From: an uncultured Muribaculaceae bacterium
GTDB lineage: Bacteria; Bacillota_I; Bacilli_A; RF39; UBA660
NCBI GenBank assembly: GCA_964553605.1
Contig: CAZKKR010000003.1
Coordinates: 1-45,629 of the forward strand
Direction of reading: 5' to 3'
DNA: 45,629 bases
Positions 9,593-18,612 of the stretch are shown here, in pieces. The notes under the pieces were generated by a model. That model was not told where the DNA came from and ran no database searches. It was given only the letters and a program-made list of their open reading frames with translations. Made by a program: the position numbers and the translations under genes. Within the stretch, counting starts at the first letter, position 1, and every line of letters starts with the position of its first letter.

Positions 9593-12500
9593 TTTATCGT
9601 AAGTTCTACTCTTTTTTCTCTATTTGGATTAACAGATATTTTATAAGTTTTAGAGTTCATACTGTGCTCTAAAGAGGCAGATGAGAACATATCAGTTAAA
9701 TCACCATAATCATCAGCTGTATCCGTTTTTGTATGAATAATAATTGAATATGTTCCTTTAGGTAAACTACTAATATCAATTGCTTTATTAAACCAAACAT
9801 ATTTTTTAGATAATTTATCCAATGATGTGACTACATAACTACCGTTATCAGTACTTCCTAAATCAAAACTATACTGTTCAAAAGAAGAAACATTTTCAAA
9901 TATAATTTTTCTAGTAATTTTTGATGGATCATTATAAGCTGCACCATAGTTATATGAAATACCTGAAATATTAAATAAATCATCATCAAAATTAATTTCA
10001 TCATAATCATTAATCATGTTTCTAAAAGTTGGCGATTCAGAAGAAGTAATAACATTATCTCTAACAAATAACTGAACAGCTTTTGATTTTAATTTCTGAG
10101 AAACCCTAAATGTATAAGATTTACCATCAATTACTCCTCTGTGACTAAATGGTGAATTCATAATATTATTAAATAGTGTTTTCGTATAATAATTATCAAT
10201 TTCGCTTAACATATAAATATCGTAGTCCCCAGCTGGAATAGAAGATAGATCAATTTCTCCATTAAACCAAGCTCCACTATAATCATTATCGTCAGATAAA
10301 TCATAAGGAATATTATCTATCCATCTATCAATAGAAATTTTGTATTCGCTATCATCTAAAGTATTTTTTAAAATAATAGAAAAATTAATATCATCACTTA
10401 AAGAATTACTAATCCCCTTTTGAATTAAATAACCCTTAACACTAAATGTATCAGTAAATTTTAATTCCTCTAAATAAAACTCTCCTTCAGTTTTTTCTAA
10501 AGTCTTTTCAATTACATTAACATCAATAGTTTTAAGTGTTTTTTGACCATGTTTATCACTTACAGAATAAGTGACACTATATTCCCCTATCTCATTAAAA
10601 TTAACATTATTTTCTTCAATAATAACTTTGCTAGTTAAATCACCATCTTCTTTATCAGAAGCTTTAACACCATCTAATAGATTAGTTTCAGTACCAACAG
10701 TAACATTTTTATCTTTAGCTGTAATAATAGGTTTTTCATTAGCGATAACAGTCACTTTAATAGTTTTTGTAGTAGTTCCACTAGCGTTACTAACACTATA
10801 AATCACTTCATATTCGCCAGGTGTATTAGTATCAACTAATCCGCTATAAGTAATAGAGGTTGTTAAATCACCTTTATTATCAAAAGCACTTACACCTTCC
10901 ATATAATCAAATTCTTCAAATTGTAATACTTCTTTATCAGAAGCTTCAATAGTAGGTTTAACATCCCCAATAACCTGAACATTAATAGTTTTACTTACAT
11001 GGAAGTTACTATTATCAGAAACTGTGTAAGTTACACTATAATTACCAGATTTACTAGTATCAACTGTTCCAGTATAAGTAACCTTATTAGTTAAATCACC
11101 GTTTTCATTATCATAAGCACTTACGCCTTCCATATAATTAAATGAGCTACCAACATTAATAGTTTTATCAGAAACATTTATAACCGGCTGATTATTAGAT
11201 ACATAGAAATTATTCGCTAAAACATAACCATATTTTGGATCGCCAGATAAATCAGTAAAAATCTTGTAATAATCTTTGCCACCAGAGCTAACTTTATCGA
11301 TAATATTCACTGAAAAATCATATACCGGATCACTACGTTTAGGATTTTTCATTGTATACAAAGCTGAATTAGTATCAGGATTTCTATAAACAACAACTCC
11401 ACTAATACCTTTTTTCGTAACTCCAACAGTATTAGAATTAAAATCTTTACCACCGAAAGATTTATCTCGATTAAAAGCATTAGAAGCCATTATTTCTCCC
11501 CAATAAGGATCAGTCGCATAATATATGTTTTTACCACTGGATTTATTACCATAATGACTACCATTATAGTATTTGCCAGAAGCATTTTCATAAGAAGTGG
11601 AGCTCTTAGAAGCATAATCCATAATAGATTCTCTTGGTGAATTATATGAATAAGCACATTCGTATGGACAGCTATCTGCAGCTCCATAACCAAATAAATT
11701 ATTCTTATTCATTGCTATTGAGCTAGTACCCCAATTACTTTCATTTAAAGCTGCAGAAAAAGCAAGAAGAGCGTTAGTTCCATATGTTTCCTCGGCTTCC
11801 TTAAAATAAACACCCGTACCATACATTTTAGACTGTGAAGCATTATATTTTCCAGCAATAACACTATCAAAATCTGCTGCCGTATAACCAGTTGTTGAAC
11901 GAGAAGTCAAGTATAAATAATAAGCATAATGAGGATTATTCGGATTTATACTTCTAGAATAACTTCCACTACGATAATCATCAAGCATACTAGTTAAATT
12001 ATTATAAAAATAATTGCCATCAAAACTATAATACCAAACATCTTTTTTCATATAGGATGGAGCTGTTCCCAAATTAGTAAAACTATCATTGTAACTAACT
12101 CCACCATAAGTAGTAAAATGGTGAATTAAATTGCCAGATGGCCCATAATGTTTATAATAAGTGCCCAAAGAGCTATCATACAAAGTAACCCAAGCGCCAC
12201 CAGCTACCCAACACGAAACACCATTATAAGTGATTTTATACCAAATATAGTCGGAACCATTGTAAGTTTCTGTATAGTTAAAATTATAACTACCTGTAAG
12301 TGATGCTACTTTAGAAGAACTAGTAGAATGATCACTTCGTAAATTAACCCCTGTTCCATTAACATTAATCATGTTGCCACCAATTAAAGAAATCGGTGTT
12401 ACTACGCCATTATTTATATCTGTCCAACCGGTAAAACCACTCATCATAATTTTAACTCTACCATTATCAGAATATCCTAAAACAGCTGCATCAATACCAT

Positions 12501-12828
12501 ATGATGAATTAATAGAAGTAAATTCAGAAGTAGAATTATAATTTCTATACAATGAATACGTACTTTTACCGCTAGGTTTAAATTTAAAAATACCATATTT
12601 TGAATCAACAGGAATCCCGTCTCTATAAATTGTCGCAACCAAGCTGCTAGAAGAACTTTGACTATTCATTGAAGAAAGAGCAGCAGAATAACTGCTGTAA
12701 GTGCCAATCACCCTATTTCCTGCTGATGAGCTAACCATTTCAACCGAATATGAATTAGCTGCTTTTACACTATAAAAAGGGCAAGCACAAAAAACCATAG
12801 TTATTAAAAATATGACTATTTTTTTCAT
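9589..12828 (-). CDS. Secreted multidomain peptidoglycan hydrolase (GH73 N-acetylglucosaminidase) with SH3b-like, 3x Ig-like and 2x unassigned C-terminal modules
   Basis: 1079 aa. Signal peptide MKKIVIFLITMVFCACPFYSVKA. SH3b-like segment (VNLRSDHS...YIWYKITYNGVSCWV). GH73 motif YGTNALLAFSAALNESNWGTSSIAMNKNNLFGYGA (about nt 11464-11826). Three repeats of about 75 aa (F.YMEGVSA.DN..GDLT..VTY.G.VDT...G.Y.V.Y.VSD, nt 10504-11193). Two related modules of about 140 aa at the C-terminus (nt 9592-10488). Confidence 0.8.
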   Translation of the reverse strand: MKKIVIFLITMVFCACPFYSVKAANSYSVEMVSSSAGNRVIGTYSSYSAALSSMNSQSSSSSLVATIYRDGIPVDSKYGIFKFKPSGKSTYSLYRNYNSTSEFTSINSSYGIDAAVLGYSDNGRVKIMMSGFTGWTDINNGVVTPISLIGGNMINVNGTGVNLRSDHSTSSSKVASLTGSYNFNYTETYNGSDYIWYKITYNGVSCWVAGGAWVTLYDSSLGTYYKHYGPSGNLIHHFTTYGGVSYNDSFTNLGTAPSYMKKDVWYYSFDGNYFYNNLTSMLDDYRSGSYSRSINPNNPHYAYYLYLTSRSTTGYTAADFDSVIAGKYNASQSKMYGTGVYFKEAEETYGTNALLAFSAALNESNWGTSSIAMNKNNLFGYGAADSCPYECAYSYNSPRESIMDYASKSSTSYENASGKYYNGSHYGNKSSGKNIYYATDPYWGEIMASNAFNRDKSFGGKDFNSNTVGVTKKGISGVVVYRNPDTNSALYTMKNPKRSDPVYDFSVNIIDKVSSGGKDYYKIFTDLSGDPKYGYVLANNFYVSNNQPVINVSDKTINVGSSFNYMEGVSAYDNENGDLTNKVTYTGTVDTSKSGNYSVTYTVSDNSNFHVSKTINVQVIGDVKPTIEASDKEVLQFEEFDYMEGVSAFDNKGDLTTSITYSGLVDTNTPGEYEVIYSVSNASGTTTKTIKVTVIANEKPIITAKDKNVTVGTETNLLDGVKASDKEDGDLTSKVIIEENNVNFNEIGEYSVTYSVSDKHGQKTLKTIDVNVIEKTLEKTEGEFYLEELKFTDTFSVKGYLIQKGISNSLSDDINFSIILKNTLDDSEYKISIDRWIDNIPYDLSDDNDYSGAWFNGEIDLSSIPAGDYDIYMLSEIDNYYTKTLFNNIMNSPFSHRGVIDGKSYTFRVSQKLKSKAVQLFVRDNVITSSESPTFRNMINDYDEINFDDDLFNISGISYNYGAAYNDPSKITRKIIFENVSSFEQYSFDLGSTDNGSYVVTSLDKLSKKYVWFNKAIDISSLPKGTYSIIIHTKTDTADDYGDLTDMFSSASLEHSMNSKTYKISVNPNREKRVELTIK

Positions 12829-12911
12829 AAAAACCCTCCTTATCTATACAAAATAATTATACCAAAAATAAAACATAAATTTAATAATAACAAAGGCTTA
12901 CTATACAGATA

Positions 12912-12940
12912 TTTACACAAATATTAAAATATGGTAATAT
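12912..12940 (+). promoter_or_regulatory. Sigma-A type promoter for the 12963 gene
   Basis: TTTACA, a 17-nt spacer containing TG at -15/-14, then TAATAT. RBS AAGGGA precedes ATG 12963. Confidence 0.5.
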
Positions 12941-12962
12941 ATTTAAAGCAAGAAGGGATATT

Positions 12963-13730
12963 ATGAGTAACGAAAAAGCAAAAACAAAATTAAAAAAAGC
13001 CTTATTTAATCCTGATAATAAATTATCATTAATACCAAACTGGTTAAGCTTTTCAAGAGTTATTGGAAGCTATGCAATTCCAACAATGATATATACAGGA
13101 GCTTCCGCACCAGCACTGTTTGGAACTATCGGATTTATTGGTATTTCAGATTTCTTAGATGGAAAAATCGCTCGAGCACTCAAAGTTGAATCTGAAGAAG
13201 GGGCTTTAGTAGATGCCGTGGCAGATAAGTTTTTCTCAATAAATCTTATCTTAGGAATATTACCAAAAGCCCCATTATTTTTAATAAATGGCTTACTTGA
13301 AAGCCAAATTTCATACATAAATGGAAAAGCTTATGCCGATGGTAAAAACCCACAAAGTTCACTACTTGGGAAAATAAAAATATGGCCTCTATCCATTGGA
13401 TTAGGCTTAGGCTATTTATCAATTGCTATGAAAAATCAAGGAAGTAATTTAATTGATCCAAGTAAACTTATGCTAGCAAGTAATTTGTTCTGTGCTGCTA
13501 CTATTCCATTAGAAATAATTAATTTAAGGGAATACAAAAAAGAAGCCGAAAAGCCATTAGAAATGCAAGAGAAAGAAAAAGAAAATAAAACCCAAACAAA
13601 AGAAAAGAAAAAAGATAAAAAGAAAACAAAAAAAATTACACTTGATAAAAATGCTAAAATACCACTAATGATATTTGAACCCGAAAAAGAAAAAGAAAAA
13701 ACAAAAGGAAAACAAAAAAGATTAAAATAA
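12963..13730 (+). CDS. CDP-alcohol phosphatidyltransferase family protein with a Lys/Glu-rich C-terminal tail
   Basis: Signature DFLDGKIARALKVESEEGALVDAVADK matches D-x2-DG-x2-AR-x8-G-x3-D-x3-D. Multi-TM. The last 70 aa or so are low-complexity K/E-rich (KEAEKPLEMQEKEKENKTQTKEKKKDKKKTKK...). Confidence 0.8.
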   Translation: MSNEKAKTKLKKALFNPDNKLSLIPNWLSFSRVIGSYAIPTMIYTGASAPALFGTIGFIGISDFLDGKIARALKVESEEGALVDAVADKFFSINLILGILPKAPLFLINGLLESQISYINGKAYADGKNPQSSLLGKIKIWPLSIGLGLGYLSIAMKNQGSNLIDPSKLMLASNLFCAATIPLEIINLREYKKEAEKPLEMQEKEKENKTQTKEKKKDKKKTKKITLDKNAKIPLMIFEPEKEKEKTKGKQKRLK

Positions 13731-13750
13731 TATTTTTAATCTTTTTTTAT
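13717..13750 (+). terminator. AT-rich hairpin terminator, possibly bidirectional (also downstream of the rhomboid gene)
   Basis: AAAGATTAAAA-loop-TTTTAATCTTT followed by TTTTTA, with an A-run on the other side. The stem is entirely A/T apart from one G:C pair. Confidence 0.4.
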
Positions 13751-13845
13751 TAAATAACTTATAAAAATGTAAAACTATCTAGACATATCCCTAGTTCGCT
13801 CAAAAGAAACATATTCCTTTTCAAAATTTTCTTTAGCAGGTAAAC

Positions 13846-14979
13846 CTATATGAATTTAAAAAACACCATATATCCTAAAAACAAAATATAAATTAAATAT
13901 AAAATAATTCCATTTATCATTTCAAATCTAGTAGATTTATACTTAACTCCAACTGCCATAGTTGAAAGTATTCCCCCTATTAATCCTCCAATATGAGCCC
14001 AATTATCAATTCGAGTATATGTAAAACCAATAACTAAATTAATAAAAATTAATGGAATAATCTGTGATTTAACCACACTATCCAAATAAACTCTATAATG
14101 AAAACCAAAATAAAGTAGTGAACCTAACATTCCAAAAATAGCCCCAGAAGCTCCAACACTATAACTATTACTAAAGAAAATAGAAAGCATACTACCAGCT
14201 AAACCACTAAGCAAATAAACAAGTAAATATTTAACTTTGCCTAAAAAGCTTTCAAGCTGCATACCGATAATATATAAAGCATAGCAGTTAAAAACTAAAT
14301 GGACAATATCAGCATGTAAAAATATACCAGTAATCAGTCTATAATACTCTCCATTTTTTATCGCCATTCTATTAACCGCAAAAACAGGAATAAGATTTAA
14401 AAAAAGACTTGCTAAAAAAGCTATAATATTAATTGCGATTAAAGTATATGTAACATACGGCTTTTTCATTTTAAAAACATCTTCGTTCATTCTAGCATCT
14501 TCCTCATTTTTTTTGTTAATATCATCTGTTATTTTAAGAAAAAGTTCAAAGCCTTTCTCTTTAAAATCAGTATCTTTAGTAATATCAGGAAAATAAGTAG
14601 TTACAAATCTATATTTATTCAAATCCTCTGTACTTTTAACATCGGCAAACTCAATATTACTTTCTTTAAAATTATCCATATTAACGTTATCGCCCAAATT
14701 AACAAAAATACTTAAAGCTTTCATTTTTAAAGATAAAGTTTTCTTTTTAATAGATTTCATTAAAGTTTTTGTCTTAAGTAAATCAAATTTAAATTGTTCA
14801 TCATTATGAATATATCCAGAAACAATCCTAATTATTTTGTAATCACCGTCCAAATTTTCAAGCCATATTTCATTTTGAACACCTTTAATAATAACCGGAT
14901 TATATCCTTTTTCCGTAATAAAATAATGAAGCAATTTCATAACAAGTTCTTCTTGTTTGTCAATTACTATTTCATTCAC
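13846..14979 (-). CDS. Rhomboid-family intramembrane serine protease with a cytoplasmic N-terminal domain (GluP/YqgP-like)
   Basis: GASGAIFGMLGS (GxSG catalytic Ser), HADIVHLVFN and AHIGGLIGG motifs, six or seven TM segments. Start is uncertain. GTG 14977-14979 lies just after AGGTGA, which overlaps the rluD stop. ATG 14940 is an alternative. The track start at 15024 would overlap rluD by 37 nt. Confidence 0.8.
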   Translation of the reverse strand: MNEIVIDKQEELVMKLLHYFITEKGYNPVIIKGVQNEIWLENLDGDYKIIRIVSGYIHNDEQFKFDLLKTKTLMKSIKKKTLSLKMKALSIFVNLGDNVNMDNFKESNIEFADVKSTEDLNKYRFVTTYFPDITKDTDFKEKGFELFLKITDDINKKNEEDARMNEDVFKMKKPYVTYTLIAINIIAFLASLFLNLIPVFAVNRMAIKNGEYYRLITGIFLHADIVHLVFNCYALYIIGMQLESFLGKVKYLLVYLLSGLAGSMLSIFFSNSYSVGASGAIFGMLGSLLYFGFHYRVYLDSVVKSQIIPLIFINLVIGFTYTRIDNWAHIGGLIGGILSTMAVGVKYKSTRFEMINGIILYLIYILFLGYMVFFKFI

Positions 14980-14987
14980 AAAATCAC

Positions 14988-15866
14988 CTACTTTTGAAAT
15001 AAATTTAAAATATTTAAAAAACAATCTGGAAGTTTACTTTCAAATTCCATATATTTTAAAGTTTTTGGATGAATAAATCCCAATGTTTTGGCGTGCAAAC
15101 ACTGACCCGTATCATCAATTAAACGTCTATTACCATAAACAGGATCATTAACTACAGGATGCCCTATATAATCCATATGAACTCTTATTTGATGAGTTCT
15201 ACCAGTTTCAAGTTTTAATTCAATTAAAGTAACCTCGCCATATCTTTTCAAAACTTTAAAATGCGTAATAGCCTCTTTACCGCCAGCTAAAACAGCCATT
15301 TTTTTTCTATCACTTAAAGATCTTCCTATAGGAGCATCAATGGTCCCGCTATCATTTTTTATATTTCCCCATACTAATGCAACATATTTTCGATAAGTTT
15401 TTTTCTCAGCAAGTTCTTTAGCTAAAAATTCATGAGCCTTATTGTTTTTAGCAATCATAAGTAATCCCGTTGTATAAGCATCTATCCTATGAACAATTCC
15501 AGGTCTTACCTCACCATTTAAATCACTCAATTTAGTATGATACAAAAGACCATTAACTAATGTCCCATGATAATTTCCTGGTGCCGGATGAACAACAACT
15601 CCATTAGCTTTATTAATAACAATAACATCATCATCTTCATAAACAATATCCAAATCTATTTTCTCTGGAACAATAGAATCATCTAAAGGTTCATGATTAA
15701 CCTCTATTATATCACCTTTTTTTAAAATATACCCAGCTTTTACTGGTTTTTCGTTTACTAATACTTCGCCATTTTTAATAATTTTAGAAACTTGACTTCT
15801 ACTTTCATCTAACTCTTTAGTTAAATAATTATCAAGTCTAATCTCTTCATCACTTTGATACTTCAT
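14988..15866 (-). CDS. rluD: RluA-family 23S rRNA pseudouridine synthase (RluD-type)
   Basis: N-terminal S4 domain, HRIDAYTTGLLMIAK catalytic motif, TGRTHQIRVH. ATG 15864-15866 follows AAGGAA. Conserved lspA-rluD gene order. Confidence 0.85.
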   Translation of the reverse strand: MKYQSDEEIRLDNYLTKELDESRSQVSKIIKNGEVLVNEKPVKAGYILKKGDIIEVNHEPLDDSIVPEKIDLDIVYEDDDVIVINKANGVVVHPAPGNYHGTLVNGLLYHTKLSDLNGEVRPGIVHRIDAYTTGLLMIAKNNKAHEFLAKELAEKKTYRKYVALVWGNIKNDSGTIDAPIGRSLSDRKKMAVLAGGKEAITHFKVLKRYGEVTLIELKLETGRTHQIRVHMDYIGHPVVNDPVYGNRRLIDDTGQCLHAKTLGFIHPKTLKYMEFESKLPDCFLNILNLFQK

Positions 15867-16314
15867 TTTTATCATTCCTTATACTTTTAATAATTATTAC
15901 AAAAACTGAACATACAATGCACATGTCCGCAAAATTAAATATTGGGAAAGCATAACCAAATAAATTAAAACTCAAATAATCTATAACTGCTCCTCTAAAT
16001 ATTCTATCAGCCAAATTACCTAAAATGCCACCCATAAAAAGACCATATAATATATACTCACCCTTACCGAGATTTTGCTCTTTTTTTAAATAATAACACA
16101 AAAATAATAAAACTAATATAGATATTAAAATAAGTAATAATCTTCGTGAAAATAAAATGTTAAAAGCAGCCCCTTCATTATAAATTAAAGTAATATTAAA
16201 AAAATTCTTAATTAAAATTATACTACTTCCAATACCGAATAAATTAAACAAAAAAGACTTAATTAGTTGATCAACAAACAAACATATAGATGCAACAAAA
16301 TAAGAAATTTTCAT
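15850..16314 (-). CDS. lspA: Lipoprotein signal peptidase II
   Basis: 154 aa, 4 TM. NEGAAFN and FNFADMCIV motifs. Ends in tandem TGA TGA. Confidence 0.9.
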   Translation of the reverse strand: MKISYFVASICLFVDQLIKSFLFNLFGIGSSIILIKNFFNITLIYNEGAAFNILFSRRLLLILISILVLLFLCYYLKKEQNLGKGEYILYGLFMGGILGNLADRIFRGAVIDYLSFNLFGYAFPIFNFADMCIVCSVFVIIIKSIRNDKNEVSK

Positions 16315-16329
16315 AAAATCACCAATATG

Positions 16330-16358
16330 ATTATATCAAAAAATGCAGTAATATTCAA
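16330..16358 (-). promoter_or_regulatory. Sigma-A type promoter with extended -10 for lspA-rluD-rhomboid
   Basis: Minus strand: TTGAAT, 17 nt, TGaTATAAT. Confidence 0.55.
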
Positions 16359-16361
16359 AAT

Positions 16362-16387
16362 AAAAAAAATAAGAAATTTTCTTATTT
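16362..16387 (-). terminator. Terminator after cvpA
   Basis: Minus strand: AATAAGAA-AAT-TTCTTATT followed by TTTTTTT, directly after the TAA stop at 16389-16391. Confidence 0.55.
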
Positions 16388-16388
16388 T

Positions 16389-17108
16389 TTAAGAGGATTC
16401 ATATTTTTCTAAAACATTTTCTATTCCCTTTATATTGATTTTTCCACTACTTACTAATTCACGAATGGTTTTAACAGTAGTTATTTTATATTTTAAAAAC
16501 AAATCCAAAGTTTCTAAATTAAATTCATTACTTTCACTAGTGTTTTTGTATTTTAATGAAAGATCTTCAAACTCTTCAAGTACCTTAACTGCATCACCCG
16601 CTACTATTGATAAAAGAGGCGTGTTTTTTAAAATAGGTTCTTTAAAGCTAGAATTTTTTACAATTGACACTTCCGAAAAGTTAGGCATTGCCAAAAAATA
16701 CATTACAAAAAATACAATAATATAATTTTTAATAATGCCTACTATCATTCCTAAAATTTTAGATGGAATTCCAAGTACAATAGTAAAAGCTAAAATACTT
16801 TCAAACACCTTTGTTGTCTTTGAAATAATACGCAAAATAATCATTAAAATACTAAAAACAAAGAAAAATGCTAAAACTTCATATAATGCAATATTAAGAA
16901 CAGTTACGCCCTTTATAAGACCACCAAAGGGAAAAAATGGAAATATTTTCATAAACAAAAAACTAACAGTATTTTTAAATAAAAAAGCAAAAACAATAAC
17001 TAATATAACACCAACAAAATTAACTAAACTTCTAGTGAAACCTTGTTTAAAACCGACTAAAGCTCCAGCAAGAATAAAGACAATTATTAATATATCAACT
17101 ATACTCAT
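16389..17108 (-). CDS. cvpA: CvpA-family membrane protein
   Basis: N-terminus MSIVDILIIVFILAGALVGFKQGFTRSLVNFVG matches the CvpA pattern. 4-5 TM plus a soluble C-terminal domain. ATG 17106-17108 follows AAGGA. Confidence 0.75.
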   Translation of the reverse strand: MSIVDILIIVFILAGALVGFKQGFTRSLVNFVGVILVIVFAFLFKNTVSFLFMKIFPFFPFGGLIKGVTVLNIALYEVLAFFFVFSILMIILRIISKTTKVFESILAFTIVLGIPSKILGMIVGIIKNYIIVFFVMYFLAMPNFSEVSIVKNSSFKEPILKNTPLLSIVAGDAVKVLEEFEDLSLKYKNTSESNEFNLETLDLFLKYKITTVKTIRELVSSGKINIKGIENVLEKYESS

Positions 17109-17210
17109 AAGCACCATCCTTTACACTAATTATAATATAAATAATATTAAAAATAAAGTAATAACTTTAATACTAAACATAATTATGTTAAAATATGTAT
17201 AGGTGATTTT

Positions 17211-18173
17211 ATGAAAAAACCAGAGGTTAAAACTATTACTTTAAAAGTTAGTGACAATACTAGAGAAAAAATGGAAGAATATTTTGAGGATAAAAGAAGA
17301 ATAAAAACTCCACCATATGCTGTATTTCAAGCAGATGAAGCCGATACTGTAGTAACTCTATATGAATCAGGAAAAGTTGTTTTTCAAGGAATAAGTGCTG
17401 ACATTGATGCAAACATATGGAAAGAAACAGAAAAACACTTAAATCCAAATAAAAAATTAGAGTTTAAAGAAGCTGGAAAAGATAAAAAGAAAGAAAGAAA
17501 AAACACAAAAGTATATTACTCAAATTCTATAGGCTCAGATGAAACTGGAACAGGAGATTACTTTGGTCCTATTGTTGTAACAGCTGCATATGTTACTAAA
17601 GAAGACATTCCATTTTTAGAAAAACTAGGTGTCAAAGATTCCAAAAAGATGACTGACGAACACATAATGAAAATAGTCCCACAAATTAAAAACAAAATTC
17701 CATACTCCAGTATGATCTTAACTAATGAAGACTATAATAAAAATCACCAAGAAAATATGAACATGAATAAAATAAAAGCCATACTTCATAATAAAGTATT
17801 ACTCGCACTATCTGAAAAATATAACAACTATGACTATATTGTAGTAGATCAATTTGCTGAAAGTTATACGTATTATAGATATTTAAATAATATTCCCAAA
17901 GTACAAAAAAATATTACATTTTTAACTAAAGCTGAAGATCAATGCTTATCAGTTGCCTGCGGAGCAATAATAAGTCGTTATATTTTAATTCAAGAATATG
18001 ATAAATTATCTAAAAAATATAATGTCATCATTCCTAAAGGAGCCGGTGAAAACGTCGATAAAATTGGCGCTCAAATAGCCAAAAAATATGGTATAGAAGA
18101 ATTAAACAAAATAGCTAAACTAAGCTTTAAAAATACCGAAAAAATAAAAGAACTAATAAAAGAGCCAGCATAA
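17211..18173 (+). CDS. rnhC: Ribonuclease HIII
   Basis: 320 aa. N-terminal TBP-like domain, then IGSDETGTGDYFGPIVV and KDSKKM motifs. Confidence 0.9.
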   Translation: MKKPEVKTITLKVSDNTREKMEEYFEDKRRIKTPPYAVFQADEADTVVTLYESGKVVFQGISADIDANIWKETEKHLNPNKKLEFKEAGKDKKKERKNTKVYYSNSIGSDETGTGDYFGPIVVTAAYVTKEDIPFLEKLGVKDSKKMTDEHIMKIVPQIKNKIPYSSMILTNEDYNKNHQENMNMNKIKAILHNKVLLALSEKYNNYDYIVVDQFAESYTYYRYLNNIPKVQKNITFLTKAEDQCLSVACGAIISRYILIQEYDKLSKKYNVIIPKGAGENVDKIGAQIAKKYGIEELNKIAKLSFKNTEKIKELIKEPA

Positions 18174-18186
18174 AGCTGGCTTTTTA
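18164..18186 (+). terminator. Terminator of rnhC; hairpin spans the stop codon
   Basis: GCCAGC-ATAAA-GCTGGC followed by TTTTT. Confidence 0.75.
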
Positions 18187-18460
18187 AGTCCAAAAGAGAA
18201 ACCTTAACGAATTAAAACCTGATCTCCCAGGTGGGCACCACATTATAGATATTAGGATCCTTTGAAATACAAAGTCTTCAACACCATCAATAAATTAGAT
18301 TCCCAATCGTTTACTTAGTAGGTTTTTCATAATGGTATCTTCTTTTAGACAATTTAATTATAGCATATTTTTATATTGTTTACCATATATTTTTCAATTT
18401 TAATACTTTTGATATTTAATTTTAAAATAAAAAAACTTTAATAATAAAGTTTTTAATTCA

Positions 18461-18535
18461 TGGTTACCCCTGTAGGATTCGAACCTACGAATAATGGAGT
18501 CAGAGTCCATCGCCTTACCGCTTGGCCAAGGGGCA
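18461..18535 (-). tRNA. tRNA-Gln (anticodon CTG)
   Basis: Minus strand: TGCCCCT TG GCC AAGCGGTAA GGC G ATGGA CTCTGAC TCCAT TATTC GTAGG TTCGAAT CCTAC AGGGGTA A CCA. 75 nt cloverleaf with U1-A72 and the D-loop typical of bacterial tRNA-Gln. CCA is encoded. Confidence 0.9.
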
Positions 18536-18546
18536 ATAACACAATA

Positions 18547-18575
18547 AGTATAACATATTTTTTATAATTTGTTAA
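18547..18575 (-). promoter_or_regulatory. Promoter of tRNA-Gln
   Basis: Minus strand: TTAACA, 17 nt, TATACT, ending 11 nt before the mature tRNA 5' end. Confidence 0.55.
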
Positions 18576-18582
18576 TATAAAT

Positions 18583-18610
18583 TAAAAAACTGGTAATTAT
18601 ACCAGTTTTT
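18583..18610 (-). terminator. Terminator of hisS
   Basis: Minus strand: AACTGGTA-TAAT-TACCAGTT followed by TTTTTT, directly after the hisS stop. Confidence 0.75.
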
Positions 18611-18612
18611 AA

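Noticed and set aside
18431-18456. Palindrome AAAAACTTTA-ATAA-TAAAGTTTTT downstream of tRNA-Gln, as a possible terminator.
   Set aside because: The stem is almost entirely A/T (a single C:G pair), so predicted stability is low. It is plausible but not supportable by eye.
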